Assembly (NCBI RefSeq): GCF_042680945.1
Contig: NZ_JBHUEQ010000003.1
Span: 88,804 to 120,803, forward strand
Length of the DNA stretch: 32,000 nt
Direction: 5' to 3'
Source: Rhizobium helianthi
GTDB taxonomy: Bacteria > Pseudomonadota > Alphaproteobacteria > Rhizobiales > Rhizobiaceae
Positions 1-8,724 of the stretch are shown here, one piece after another. The notes below the pieces were generated by a model that did not search any database, was not told where the DNA came from, and saw only the letters and a program-made list of their open reading frames with translations. How positions within the stretch are numbered: position 1 is the first letter of the stretch; each line of letters starts with the position of its first letter. Made by a program: the position numbers and the translations under genes.

Positions 1-267
1 TATGCAGGCCTGAAGAAGTACTTCATCCTGCGCCTTCCGCAGCGCCCCGGTGCCTTGCGAGATTTCCTGAACCTTCTTGGCCCGCAGGATGACATCGCAC
101 GGTTCGAATACCTGAAGAAATCGGCACGTAACTTCGGCTCCATTCTCATCGGTATCGAGACAACGGACTCTGCCAATTTTGCGGGACTGATTGAACGGTT
201 CGATGCCGCGGGTCTTGGCTTCGAAGACATTACCGACAATGAAATCCTGGCGAACCTAATCATCTAA
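1..267 (+). CDS. ilvA: threonine ammonia-lyase (threonine dehydratase), C-terminal ACT-like regulatory domain; 5' end lies outside the window
   Basis: Frame 1 is open from nt 1 to TAA at 265-267. The translation YAGLKKYFILRLPQRPGALRDFLNLLGP..FEYLKK..LIGIE..GFEDITDNE fits the conserved pattern of the IlvA C-terminal regulatory domain (recognised by eye). Confidence 0.7.
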   Translation, partial: YAGLKKYFILRLPQRPGALRDFLNLLGPQDDIARFEYLKKSARNFGSILIGIETTDSANFAGLIERFDAAGLGFEDITDNEILANLII

Positions 268-289
268 CCAAGCTTGAGCGAGGCGCAGC

Positions 290-613
290 ATGCCATCCAT
301 TTTTTCGAAGATTGCCTCCATGTTTTCCGGTGGGGAAAATGCAGGGGCCAAGCCTGTGGCACAGGCAGAGCCACAGGAACATGCAGGTTGCAGAATATAT
401 GCGGAGCCTCTTCGCGAGGGCTCGCAATTGCGCCTTGCCGGACGAATTGAGAAGGATGTGGAGGGAAAGACACTGGTTCGCACCTTTATCCGTGCCGATA
501 TGTTCACGTCACAGGAAGACGCCCTGGAATGCACCTTCCGTAAGGCAAGACAGATCATCGATCAGAACGGATCGTCGCTTTTCGCGGACGGGGCGGAACA
601 GCGCACGACCTGA
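290..613 (+). CDS. small conserved protein of the type annotated 'HlyU family transcriptional regulator' in Rhizobiales
   Basis: 107-aa ORF. The C-terminal block GRIEKDVEGKTLVRTFIRADMF..EDALE....KARQIIDQNG..LF resembles the roughly 100-aa Rhizobiales HlyU-like family as I recall it. It is followed by a strong terminator. Confidence 0.55.
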   Translation: MPSIFSKIASMFSGGENAGAKPVAQAEPQEHAGCRIYAEPLREGSQLRLAGRIEKDVEGKTLVRTFIRADMFTSQEDALECTFRKARQIIDQNGSSLFADGAEQRTT

Positions 614-632
614 ATGGAATTGCCCAAAACGA

Positions 633-671
633 GGAAAGGGCCGCAACATGCACTGCGGCCCTTTCCTTTTT
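633..671. terminator. rho-independent terminator between convergent genes (bidirectional hairpin)
   Basis: A 12-bp perfect stem GGAAAGGGCCGC (633-644) / GCGGCCCTTTCC (655-666) with a 10-nt loop, followed by TTTTT (667-671). It lies between the HlyU-like stop (613) and the azoR stop (693). Confidence 0.8.
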
Positions 672-692
672 ACGCTTTAGGGGAAGCGTTTC

Positions 693-1307
693 TCAGGCGG
701 CTTGCGCCAGTTCCTTGGTGCGGCTTTCTGCTGCTGCCATTGCCTTTTCGACAGCTTCCGGCCCGAAGGCGAGACCTTCAACATAGACCACTTCAACATC
801 GGTCATGCCGAGGAAGCCGAGAACCGTCTTCAGGTAGGGTACTGCGTGGTTCAGCGACGCTGCCGGGCCATCGGAGTAAACGCCGGCTGCGGCCAGAACG
901 ATGTAAACCTTCTTGCCCTTGACCAGGCCTTCCGGGCCTGCTTCCGTGTAGCGGAAGGTCACGCCAGCACGCGCAACGTTATCGATCCAGCTCTTCAGGC
1001 CGGAATAGATGTTGAAGTTGATCAGGCCCGTGCCAATGACGATCTGGTCGGCCGCGAAAAGCTCGGCCACCAGCTTGTCGGAAACCTCGGCAGCGGCAGC
1101 TTCTTCCGCGTTGCGCTCAGCGGGAGACTTGCGGATAGCGTTGGTGGTGACTGTGTCCAGGTGAGCAATTGGGTTGCTGGCGAGGTCGCGGCGAATGATT
1201 TCCGCGCCGCTCTTTGCAGCCAGCGCTGCAGCCAGATCAGCAGAAACCTTGTTGGAGATGGATTCTTCGCCGCGCGGGCTGGACGTGATGAGAAGAAGCT
1301 TGGACAT
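693..1307 (-). CDS. azoR: FMN-dependent NADH-azoreductase
   Basis: 204 aa. It has the N-terminal MSKLLLITSSPRGEESIS flavodoxin-like motif, and its length and layout are typical of AzoR/AcpD-type azoreductases. Confidence 0.8.
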   Translation of the reverse strand: MSKLLLITSSPRGEESISNKVSADLAAALAAKSGAEIIRRDLASNPIAHLDTVTTNAIRKSPAERNAEEAAAAEVSDKLVAELFAADQIVIGTGLINFNIYSGLKSWIDNVARAGVTFRYTEAGPEGLVKGKKVYIVLAAAGVYSDGPAASLNHAVPYLKTVLGFLGMTDVEVVYVEGLAFGPEAVEKAMAAAESRTKELAQAA

Positions 1308-1420
1308 CCTGAATTCCTTAAATATTCCGCCTTCATTGAGAAGTTGGATTGCCTGACGAAGTGCCGGAGGTCCGGCCTTTGCGGTGCAACATAGGGATAG
1401 ACAGTCATCAAGAAAATCGA

Positions 1421-1438
1421 GATAATATCGAAGTTATC
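1421..1438. promoter_or_regulatory. putative LysR-type binding site (inverted repeat GATAA-N8-TTATC containing a T-N11-A core)
   Basis: The sequence is GATAAtatcgaagTTATC. It sits in the 145-bp divergent azoR/LysR intergenic region, just upstream of the LysR start. Confidence 0.35.
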
Positions 1439-1452
1439 CATCGAAACTATGG

Positions 1453-2430
1453 ATGGTTATTATGGACGCCAATCCCACCCTCGATCAGTTGCAGGTTTTT
1501 CTTGCTGTGGCTGAAACCGGCAGTTTCTCAGCGGCGTCTCGCCAGCTCAACCGGGCGCAATCTGTTGTGAGCTATACGATCGCCAATCTGGAGAGCCAGC
1601 TTGAGGTGGTGTTGTTCGAGCGAAATGGCTCGCGGCGTGCCCAGTTGACAGAAGCTGGCAGGGCTATTCTGGCCGATGCCCGTCGACTGGTTTCTGATTT
1701 GCAGGTGATGCGGGCACGGGCGAAATCGCTGAAGCAAGGGCTGGAAGCGGAGGTATCTCTTGCCATCAGCAACATGGTGCCCATCGAGGCCGTCATCGAA
1801 ACGTTGTCGGAGTTCGGAAAGCGGTTCCCATCCGTATCACTCAGTCTCGGCTCCGGTGAACTGGGCATGGTGATGGACATGGTGTCCACCGGTCGCGCCT
1901 CGGTCGGCGTGGGTGGTTCGCTGCCGAAAGCCGACGACCGGCTGGCGGTCGAAAAGCTCGGCCACTCCTTCATGATACCTGTCGCAGCTGCACAGCACCC
2001 ACTGGCGCAGATCGGGCGGCAGATCGAATTGCGTGAGGTGCGGGAGGAGGTTCAGCTTGTCGTGACCGATGCGTCGGGTTTGACGCAGGGCAAGGATTTC
2101 AATGTTCTTTCCTACAAAGTATGGCGCGTCGGAGACATTGCGACAAAGCATCAACTGATCAGGGGCGGGCTTGGCTGGGGCGGTCTACCCGCGGCCCTTA
2201 TCCGTGAAGATCTCGCCAGCGGCCGTCTCGTGGCCCTGGATATCGATGCTTACGAAACCGGCGAATATCCGCTTTATGCAATCCATAAGATCGCAAGCCC
2301 TCCCGGCCCTGCTACGGCCTGGCTGATCCAGGCGCTGGCCACCCGGTTGAGGCAGTGCCCCGACAAACGGGAAATGACTTCCCTTTTGCATCAATCGCGT
2401 GCGCCGCAGGCAAAAGCCGCGGCGGAATAG
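1453..2430 (+). CDS. LysR family transcriptional regulator (divergent from azoR)
   Basis: 325 aa. The N-terminal HTH LDQLQVFLAVAETGSFSAASRQLNRAQSVVSYTIANLE is canonical for LysR, and the C-terminal part fits a substrate-binding domain. An alternative ATG start lies at 1462. Confidence 0.85.
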   Translation: MVIMDANPTLDQLQVFLAVAETGSFSAASRQLNRAQSVVSYTIANLESQLEVVLFERNGSRRAQLTEAGRAILADARRLVSDLQVMRARAKSLKQGLEAEVSLAISNMVPIEAVIETLSEFGKRFPSVSLSLGSGELGMVMDMVSTGRASVGVGGSLPKADDRLAVEKLGHSFMIPVAAAQHPLAQIGRQIELREVREEVQLVVTDASGLTQGKDFNVLSYKVWRVGDIATKHQLIRGGLGWGGLPAALIREDLASGRLVALDIDAYETGEYPLYAIHKIASPPGPATAWLIQALATRLRQCPDKREMTSLLHQSRAPQAKAAAE

Positions 2431-2741
2431 ACCTGTCTCTGGAACAATATTTCTAATGTGTGATTTGAGGTAACGGCTTTTGGCAACTCGGATTAACGGA
2501 CATTGTTCTTGGAATGCCCAGTGATCCGGCCACGGCCAAAAGTGCCGTGCCACGGGTGTCGTTCGTTGGCATTTCCTATTTTTTCAAGCGTCGGTACTTT
2601 GGAAGACGAAACAAGTCGCTCCTGTAATTGTCTTCTGATAGCTCTGGTTTTTCGTCCGGTTGACGTCCCTTTGCCCCTAGGGGAAGCGGTAAAAGTGCCA
2701 CGCAAGGCTGATCCGATATCGAAGGCTCGACGTAATTATGG

Positions 2742-3140
2742 ATGACGTCCAAAGCCGAGGAGGCTTTATTCAAAGTGCCGCGCTTCGAAATTATCGTCGT
2801 TGGACCTCCCGACTTCATCTCAGAGCAGGTGCGCACTGCCTGGCTTGCTCTCGGGGCCGTGCTTGTCGGTCCGATTGCATGCCATGATCTTCATGATGAA
2901 ATGGCGAGACGCGCAGGCGGTGTGCTGATGGATGTCAGCCTGGATGCGGCCGAGCTTTTCGATATTTCGGAACGCCTGATGATGTTCGATGTGCCTTTTT
3001 TGTTTGTCATGAATTCACGGCTTCCGACAGGCGCAAGCCAGCCGTATTTGCTGACGGAAAAAGAAAACGACATCAGGGCGATCATCTCGGCTCTTATTGT
3101 CGAGAGTGCTGGTGAGGAGCGGGATCGCGCGCTCCATTAG
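2742..3140 (+). CDS. hypothetical protein with a receiver-like (CheY-fold) pattern that lacks the N-terminal acidic pair
   Basis: 132 aa. The order FEIIVVGPP...GAVLVGP...GVLMDVSLD...FDVPFLFVMN follows the beta-alpha layout of single-domain response regulators. The usual DD/ED pocket after beta1 is absent. Confidence 0.45.
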   Translation: MTSKAEEALFKVPRFEIIVVGPPDFISEQVRTAWLALGAVLVGPIACHDLHDEMARRAGGVLMDVSLDAAELFDISERLMMFDVPFLFVMNSRLPTGASQPYLLTEKENDIRAIISALIVESAGEERDRALH

Positions 3141-3429
3141 GTTTTGGGTCCAGCCTTGCACGAGCCGCTTCGTGCATCAACCTGAAGAGCCAATATCGCA
3201 AGCCCGGCGATGCAGGCAGGTTTTCAAAATTTTCCCCGGTGGAAATGAACTTTCTTGCCGCTTCCAGCGTTTCTGCGCTGAGACGTGTGGCATCGGAAGG
3301 AGACTGAAAATAGCGAGATGCCATTCGTTGCACGACTGGGAGGGAACTTTCCAGAAGGTCCAAGAGTTCTTGAGATCGTCGAGGGTCTTGATCGGCGGTG
3401 CCGCGTGTCATCGTCCACTCCTTGTTCAT
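3094..3429 (-). CDS. hypothetical protein, weakly resembling sigma-70 region 2
   Basis: 111-aa ORF whose 3' end overlaps the convergent ORF 2742-3140 by 47 nt. The segment RYFQSPSDATRLSAETLEAARKF....YWLFRLMHEAA loosely recalls ECF-sigma/PhyR region 2. No clear SD was identified. Confidence 0.35.
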   Translation of the reverse strand: MNKEWTMTRGTADQDPRRSQELLDLLESSLPVVQRMASRYFQSPSDATRLSAETLEAARKFISTGENFENLPASPGLRYWLFRLMHEAARARLDPKPNGARDPAPHQHSRQ

Positions 3430-3540
3430 TCCGTTAATGGAACCGGAAATCGGAGGTTCCGGTACGGTAGCGTACGGAGGCGGTAGGATGCGGTTTCCGA
3501 GGGGGGCCGGCCTTTTCCGCCGCCAAGTGGAGGTGAAACG

Positions 3541-4287
3541 ATGCTACAGTTGAACCCGCAATCGTCGCGGAACTACCTGCTATCGGCCCTGCCAGCGGCA
3601 GAATTGAACATGCTTTCCGACGCGCTGGAACTGGTCGAGCTTCCGCATGGGGCTATGGTGTGCAAACTCAACTCCCTAAGCGATCTCGTCTACTTCCCCA
3701 CCTCCGGCATCGGGTCGGTTGTCGCGGTCTCTCCCAAGGGCAAACGCGCAGAGGCTGGATTGATCGGTCGCGAGGGTTTCTTTCCTCCCTGGATTGCGGG
3801 GGGCATTGCACGCAACATCAATGAAATCACGATCCAGATCGAAAGCAGCTGCTGGGTGATGCCGGTTCCCCGTTTCCACCGTGCGATGACAGAATCGACG
3901 GTGTTTCAACACCTCATTCAAACCGCAACCATGGCTTACGCCACGCAAGTCACCTCCACTGCCTTGTCAAATGCGATTCATTCTGTCGAGGAGCGGCTCA
4001 CCCGCTGGCTCCTTATGTGCCACGACCGCGTGGATACCAACGAGATCGCACTGACGCACGAGTTCATTGCCATCATGCTGGCGGTGCGCAGACCAAGCGT
4101 GACAACTGCGCTGCACATGCTGGAGGGGCGGGGCTTCATCAGGTCGGAACGTGGCTTGATTACCATTCGCAATCGGCCCGCAATGGAAAGCTTTGCAGCC
4201 GATGCCTACGGCGAGGCTGAACGCCATTCCTATATCTTTGAAGGCATGGGTGCGCGCACCGAGACCCTCGAGCTCGTGAAGCACTGA
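3541..4287 (+). CDS. Crp/Fnr family transcriptional regulator (cNMP-binding-like domain plus C-terminal HTH)
   Basis: 248 aa. The C-terminal EIALTHEFIAIMLAVRRPSVTTALHMLEGRGFI is a Crp-type HTH. It is a paralog of the adjacent gene. Confidence 0.85.
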   Translation: MLQLNPQSSRNYLLSALPAAELNMLSDALELVELPHGAMVCKLNSLSDLVYFPTSGIGSVVAVSPKGKRAEAGLIGREGFFPPWIAGGIARNINEITIQIESSCWVMPVPRFHRAMTESTVFQHLIQTATMAYATQVTSTALSNAIHSVEERLTRWLLMCHDRVDTNEIALTHEFIAIMLAVRRPSVTTALHMLEGRGFIRSERGLITIRNRPAMESFAADAYGEAERHSYIFEGMGARTETLELVKH

Positions 4288-4292
4288 TCCTC

Positions 4293-5045
4293 TCAGGTCA
4301 GCAAAGAAGGGACTTTCACCTCTGGCTCGGCCAGAAAATCGCCGATCAACCGGTTGTACTCTTGTTCCGGCTTGCCATAGGCATCTCCGGCGAACGTTTC
4401 CAGTGCGGCTCGATCCCGGATCGAGATGCGACCGCGCTCGGCCCGGATGAGTTTCTGCCCCTCCAGAATGTGCAGCGCGGTGGTGACGCTCGGTCGCCGA
4501 ACCGCCAGCATCAGCGATATGAATTCGTGCGTCAGTGCGATTTCGTGCCCATCCATTCTGTCGTGGCACATGAGAAGCCAGCGCGCCAGTCTTTGGTCGA
4601 CCGTGTGAACGGCGTTCGAGAGCGCAGTGAAGGAAATCTGTGATCCAAAGACATGAATGAACCTGGCCAGCAGGTTAGAGAAGACGGGACATTGCGGTAG
4701 TAGCTTCGTGAGGGTGCCAGCAGAAATGCGTATTCCTTCGCCCTCCATCTGCATAAGGACCTCATGGATGCTGATTGTGCCGCCGACACCTGCGGATGTG
4801 GGGGCAAAGCCCTCGCGGCCAAACATGCCTGCTTCCGCCTTGTGCCCTTCCGGTGAAATGGTGACGACAGAGCCGATGCCGGAAGAGGGAAAGTAAACAT
4901 AATCGATAGGGGCATCGGAGCGCACGATGACAAAGCCGCGCGGGAGGGCCACTTTCTCGAACTGAGCCGCGAGCAGTTCAAATTCAGACGCCGGTAAGAG
5001 TTCTATGAGTCTGTTCGGGATTTGTGACTGACGAATGACGGACAT
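4293..5045 (-). CDS. Crp/Fnr family transcriptional regulator, paralog of 3541-4287
   Basis: 250 aa. It shares long identical runs with its neighbour (YFPSSGIGSVV, EIALTHEFI, MLAVRRPSVTTALH, TALSNA). The two stops are 5 bp apart. Confidence 0.85.
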   Translation of the reverse strand: MSVIRQSQIPNRLIELLPASEFELLAAQFEKVALPRGFVIVRSDAPIDYVYFPSSGIGSVVTISPEGHKAEAGMFGREGFAPTSAGVGGTISIHEVLMQMEGEGIRISAGTLTKLLPQCPVFSNLLARFIHVFGSQISFTALSNAVHTVDQRLARWLLMCHDRMDGHEIALTHEFISLMLAVRRPSVTTALHILEGQKLIRAERGRISIRDRAALETFAGDAYGKPEQEYNRLIGDFLAEPEVKVPSLLT

Positions 5046-5171
5046 GGCTCTCGCTGGCTGGCCGCGAGCAAATGCTCTGACCGGATGCGCTCTTTGATTT
5101 CAGATAGTTATTCCCTATAGCACCCCCTGATTGCCGTGGTTTTTGGGTACGGTGGCAGACGAAAAAAATGC

Positions 5172-5200
5172 CATAAAAAAGCCGTCGGCATGCCGACGGC
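5172..5200 (-). terminator. rho-independent terminator downstream of cpdB
   Basis: The perfect palindrome GCCGTCGGCA/TGCCGACGGC (5181-5200) is followed on the minus strand by TTTTTTAT (complement of 5173-5180). It lies about 95 nt after the cpdB stop. Confidence 0.6.
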
Positions 5201-5294
5201 TCCGGGTAAAATTGTGTTGTGTCAAGAATGCCGTGTCACAACGACATATTTCCACAAGGGCCGAAAGGTTAGGCCGGTTTAATGATCGCTCGTG

Positions 5295-7283
5295 TCAAAG
5301 AACCAGGCGGAATTTGGCAAAGCCTTCCGCGCCCTCACCAGCATCTTCAATTTTGGCTCCTTTGACAGCGGCAGTATATTGCCGTCCTTTCGGTCCGCTG
5401 TCGAAGATTGCCGTAGTGTCTGCCAGCGGCTTGAATGACCAGTTTGCATCGGCGGATGGATTGATCGTGCCCTGTTCGATGATATAGCGCACGATGACAT
5501 CCCTGTTGGTATCCGGCGCAACCAGGATAACTTTATCAGCTGCGATTTCCGGGAATTTGCCACCGCCGCCGGCGCGGTAATTGTTGGTGGCGACGACGAA
5601 CTTCTGGGCCGGATCGATCGGCTTGCCCTCGAATTTCAGGTCGACGATACGGTGTGAATCGGGGTTTGCGAGCTTGCCGTCGTTGTCGAAGCGTGCGGGC
5701 TTTGACAGGTCGATCTGGTAGGTCACGCCGTCGATTACATCGTAATTGTACGATGGAAACTTATTGTTGAGGAGCGGAGCATCCTTGGCGCCCAGCGGGA
5801 TCTGGTTGAACATGCCCGCAGACATTTCCAGCCAGTTCTTCACCTGTTCGCCGGTAACAAGAACAGCCTGAACCGTGTTTGGATAGAGGTAGAGGTCAGC
5901 GACGTTCTTGATCGCAATGTCACCGGCAGGGACATCGGTGAAGTAATCAGGTCCGTTGCGCCCGCCTGCCTTGAAGGGGGCGGCGGCGGAAAGCACCGGA
6001 TAGTCCTTGTACTCACCATCCTTCAGAAGGTTCTTCACATACCAGATCTGGGCATTTGCCACGATCTGCACGGAGGGATCGTCCGCCACCAGAGCGAAAT
6101 AGGAGTAAAGCGGTGCAGAGGTCTTGCCTACGGGGCGGCGCACATAGGCAAGCGTTGCCTCATGCTCCGGCTTGACTGCGGCGACGATCTCCGGTCGGTC
6201 CTTGGCATCGGCAACGATCTTCTTGTTCTCGTCACGATGATAGATCGGGCGTGCTTCCGTTGTGAAATCGACGACCTTCCAGGTCTTGCCATCCTTTTCC
6301 AGCAGCAGATCGATCAGGCCCATATGGGAGCCCCAGAAGCCTGCCATGACAGCGGGCTTGCCCTGCAGCGTGCCTTTCTTGGCGTCTGCGCCGGCAACGC
6401 CTTCGAAATCTTTGGGGCCGGGGAATACAAGATGCTGGTGGCCTGTGAAAATGGCATCGATACCATCCACGCCCGCGAGGTAGAGCGAAGCATTCTCCAT
6501 GCGCTCGGTCTGGCCTGTCGCATCGATGCCGGAATGGGAGAGGGCGATCACGATATCCGCCCCCTCTTCCTTCATCGCGGGAACCCAGGCCTTCGCAGCC
6601 TGTACGATATCACGTGTCTGGGCTTTGCCTTCCAGGTTCTTGGCATCCCACACCATGATCTGCGGAGGCACAAAGCCGATAAAGCCGACCTTGATCGGAG
6701 ATACGGTGCCGGCTCCATCCTTGATCTGCTTCTCAAGAATGACATAGGGCTTGAAGAACAGCTCGTCCTTCTTCGGGACCGATGCCAGCTGTCCCTTGGT
6801 CAAGTTGGCGCAGACAATGGGAAATTTTGCGCCGTTCAGCGTATTGAACATGAACTCAAGACCATAGTTGAATTCATGGTTGCCAAGCGTGCCGCAGTCA
6901 TAGCCCAGTGCGTTCATGGCCTTCATGACCGGGTGAAGATCGCCGGCTTTCATGCCCTTTTCATAGGCCATGTAATCGCCCATCGGATTTCCCTGCAGCA
7001 GATCGCCATTATCGACCAGCATGGAATTGCCCGCTTCAGCGCGAACCTGTTCGATAAAGCTCGCCGTGCGTGCCAGTCCCATCGTGTCGTTGGGCTTATC
7101 GGCGTAGTAGTCGTAGGGCATGATATTCACATGAATATCAGTGGTCTCCATGATGCGCAGATGTGCCTGATTGGCGGCAGCGCGGGCCGCGAAGGGGTGG
7201 AGCATGACGAGCGCTGAACCGGCGGCAATGCCGCTCAGAAGCGAGCGTCGGGTCATGGCGGGTGTGTTGATCAGGAAAGACAT
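5295..7283 (-). CDS. cpdB: bifunctional 2',3'-cyclic-nucleotide 2'-phosphodiesterase / 3'-nucleotidase, Tat-exported
   Basis: The start is set at ATG 7283 (MSFLINTPAMTRRSLLSGIAAGSALV, a twin-arginine signal), preceded by AGGGAG. It carries the metallophosphatase motifs (ETTDIH, DNGDLLQG, GNHEFN) and a 5'-nucleotidase C-terminal domain. Confidence 0.9.
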   Translation of the reverse strand: MSFLINTPAMTRRSLLSGIAAGSALVMLHPFAARAAANQAHLRIMETTDIHVNIMPYDYYADKPNDTMGLARTASFIEQVRAEAGNSMLVDNGDLLQGNPMGDYMAYEKGMKAGDLHPVMKAMNALGYDCGTLGNHEFNYGLEFMFNTLNGAKFPIVCANLTKGQLASVPKKDELFFKPYVILEKQIKDGAGTVSPIKVGFIGFVPPQIMVWDAKNLEGKAQTRDIVQAAKAWVPAMKEEGADIVIALSHSGIDATGQTERMENASLYLAGVDGIDAIFTGHQHLVFPGPKDFEGVAGADAKKGTLQGKPAVMAGFWGSHMGLIDLLLEKDGKTWKVVDFTTEARPIYHRDENKKIVADAKDRPEIVAAVKPEHEATLAYVRRPVGKTSAPLYSYFALVADDPSVQIVANAQIWYVKNLLKDGEYKDYPVLSAAAPFKAGGRNGPDYFTDVPAGDIAIKNVADLYLYPNTVQAVLVTGEQVKNWLEMSAGMFNQIPLGAKDAPLLNNKFPSYNYDVIDGVTYQIDLSKPARFDNDGKLANPDSHRIVDLKFEGKPIDPAQKFVVATNNYRAGGGGKFPEIAADKVILVAPDTNRDVIVRYIIEQGTINPSADANWSFKPLADTTAIFDSGPKGRQYTAAVKGAKIEDAGEGAEGFAKFRLVL

Positions 7284-7433
7284 GGAGAACTCCCTCAGTC
7301 GTTTGCGGCGCAAGTTTAGGGTCCTTGCCACGCCAACGCATCAGGAAAATGACAGTTATTGCTCTCTAATTCAGAGGTCTCTTCTGGCGGGAAACATCAC
7401 GCCCGATGAGGGGCATTCTGGTGTGATCTGCCA

Positions 7434-7793
7434 TTATCTTCGCCCAGCTACCATCCTTGCCGGTGCCGCAACAACAGGCATCTGAGGCTTGTAATAATGC
7501 TTGAAAAACGAGGCGACCTGGGCCTGCGTATTGGAGCTCTCAGCGAGCTTGATGCCCATCTTGCCCGCCCGATACCAGCGTATCGTTCCTTCGATAAGCC
7601 CCAGTTCATTACAGCGCAGTTGTATGGTGGCGCCGGGTTTCGCTGAAAGCCAGCCCCTCAAGTTCAGGCAGAGACCGGTTTTCGAAATATCCGAAACCGA
7701 GGCATCAACAATTTCATCCATGAAATAAACAATACTGCGGAAGTTACAACGCATGCGCTCAGCGCGCCGTCCATCGCCTTGTCCATGTGCCAT
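7434..7793 (-). CDS. PilZ domain-containing protein (putative c-di-GMP binding)
   Basis: 119 aa with RRAER...DISKTG, matching the RxxxR / (D/N)xSxxG PilZ signature. Confidence 0.65.
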   Translation of the reverse strand: MAHGQGDGRRAERMRCNFRSIVYFMDEIVDASVSDISKTGLCLNLRGWLSAKPGATIQLRCNELGLIEGTIRWYRAGKMGIKLAESSNTQAQVASFFKHYYKPQMPVVAAPARMVAGRR

Positions 7794-8105
7794 ATATGAA
7801 AAATTCCTGTTTTAAATCAGTCTCTTCCGCCTAAGCCTGTGGAATGCGAATGAAACCTGGGTAAATTAAAAGCGTAAAATTCGATCTATGTCTTTAGATA
7901 TGCTGTGTTTTCTACTGGATTGTTCTGTGGTTGTGGTGGTTTTTTGCTTTAGGTTGAAGCATTCAATGCTATTGTTTATTATGATTTGCGCATGATATGG
8001 CAAATATTCTCGAATCAATAATATTAATGTATTCGAATATATTGCGCTGCTGCGCCGAGCCTCCTCAGCGCAGGGTTGCAATTTCATCGGATGGGAGCAG
8101 CTGCT

Positions 8106-8567
8106 TTACAGGCCGATATTGGGCCGATCAATGACTTCGCGCAGCGCAAAGCTCGAGTTTATCTTCACGACATGGGGGAGGGCAGAGAGCCAGTCGCGGT
8201 GGATGCGCTCATAGTCGGCCAGATCCTTTGCCGCCACTCTCAGGATGTAATCATATTCTCCTGACATCAGGTAGCAGACGAGAATATTCGGACAGAGTTT
8301 CACCGCTGCTTCGAACTCGGCCAGAGCCTTGGCGCTTTGGCCGGAAAGAGAGATGTGAACCACAGCCATCAGCGTGTAATTCAGCGCCTTGTGCGAAAGG
8401 CGTGCGTGATAGCCGCTGATAATTCCCGTCTTCTCCAGAATGTCCAGTCGGCGTGAACAGGCCGAAGCAGAAAGGCCAACTTTCTGGGCCAGCTCCGCAT
8501 TGGACATCCGTCCATCCGCCTGCAATGCCTTCATGATCGCAAGATCTATAGTATCGAGATCGGGCAT
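8106..8567 (-). CDS. Lrp/AsnC family transcriptional regulator (divergent from ald)
   Basis: The start is set at ATG 8567 (MPDLDTIDLAIMKALQADGRMSNAELAQKVGLSASACSRRL), a canonical AsnC HTH followed by a RAM domain. The longer ORF to 8828 runs into the ald gene. Confidence 0.9.
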   Translation of the reverse strand: MPDLDTIDLAIMKALQADGRMSNAELAQKVGLSASACSRRLDILEKTGIISGYHARLSHKALNYTLMAVVHISLSGQSAKALAEFEAAVKLCPNILVCYLMSGEYDYILRVAAKDLADYERIHRDWLSALPHVVKINSSFALREVIDRPNIGL

Positions 8568-8724
8568 TCGAATAATCCACGAAAAAAGGGCTGACATACG
8601 CAAATACTGACGAAAACAGATACTCTTACCCGCCATCTTCGCAAGGACATTGTCTGGTTTTTTTGATGCACTTGTTTGGGTAGCCGGGAGGAAGAGGCTG
8701 CTGTTAAACGGGAGAGGATTGTCT

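Noticed and set aside
2431-2741. Several 70-120-aa ORFs on both strands between the LysR gene and 2742.
   Set aside because: They overlap one another, lack SDs, and have implausible compositions. The region is treated as intergenic.
6162-7217. A 351-aa plus-strand ORF inside cpdB.
   Set aside because: It is antisense to a confidently identified metallophosphatase/5'-nucleotidase gene. It has a shadow-ORF composition and no SD or family pattern.
7284-7331. A 16-codon upstream extension of cpdB.
   Set aside because: ATG 7283 is preceded by AGGGAG and starts directly with the twin-arginine signal peptide. The extension is Arg-rich and lacks an SD.
7866-8087. A 73-aa minus-strand ORF in the AT-rich intergenic region.
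   Set aside because: Its codon usage and composition are completely atypical for this genome, and it has no SD. It is more likely promoter or regulatory DNA.
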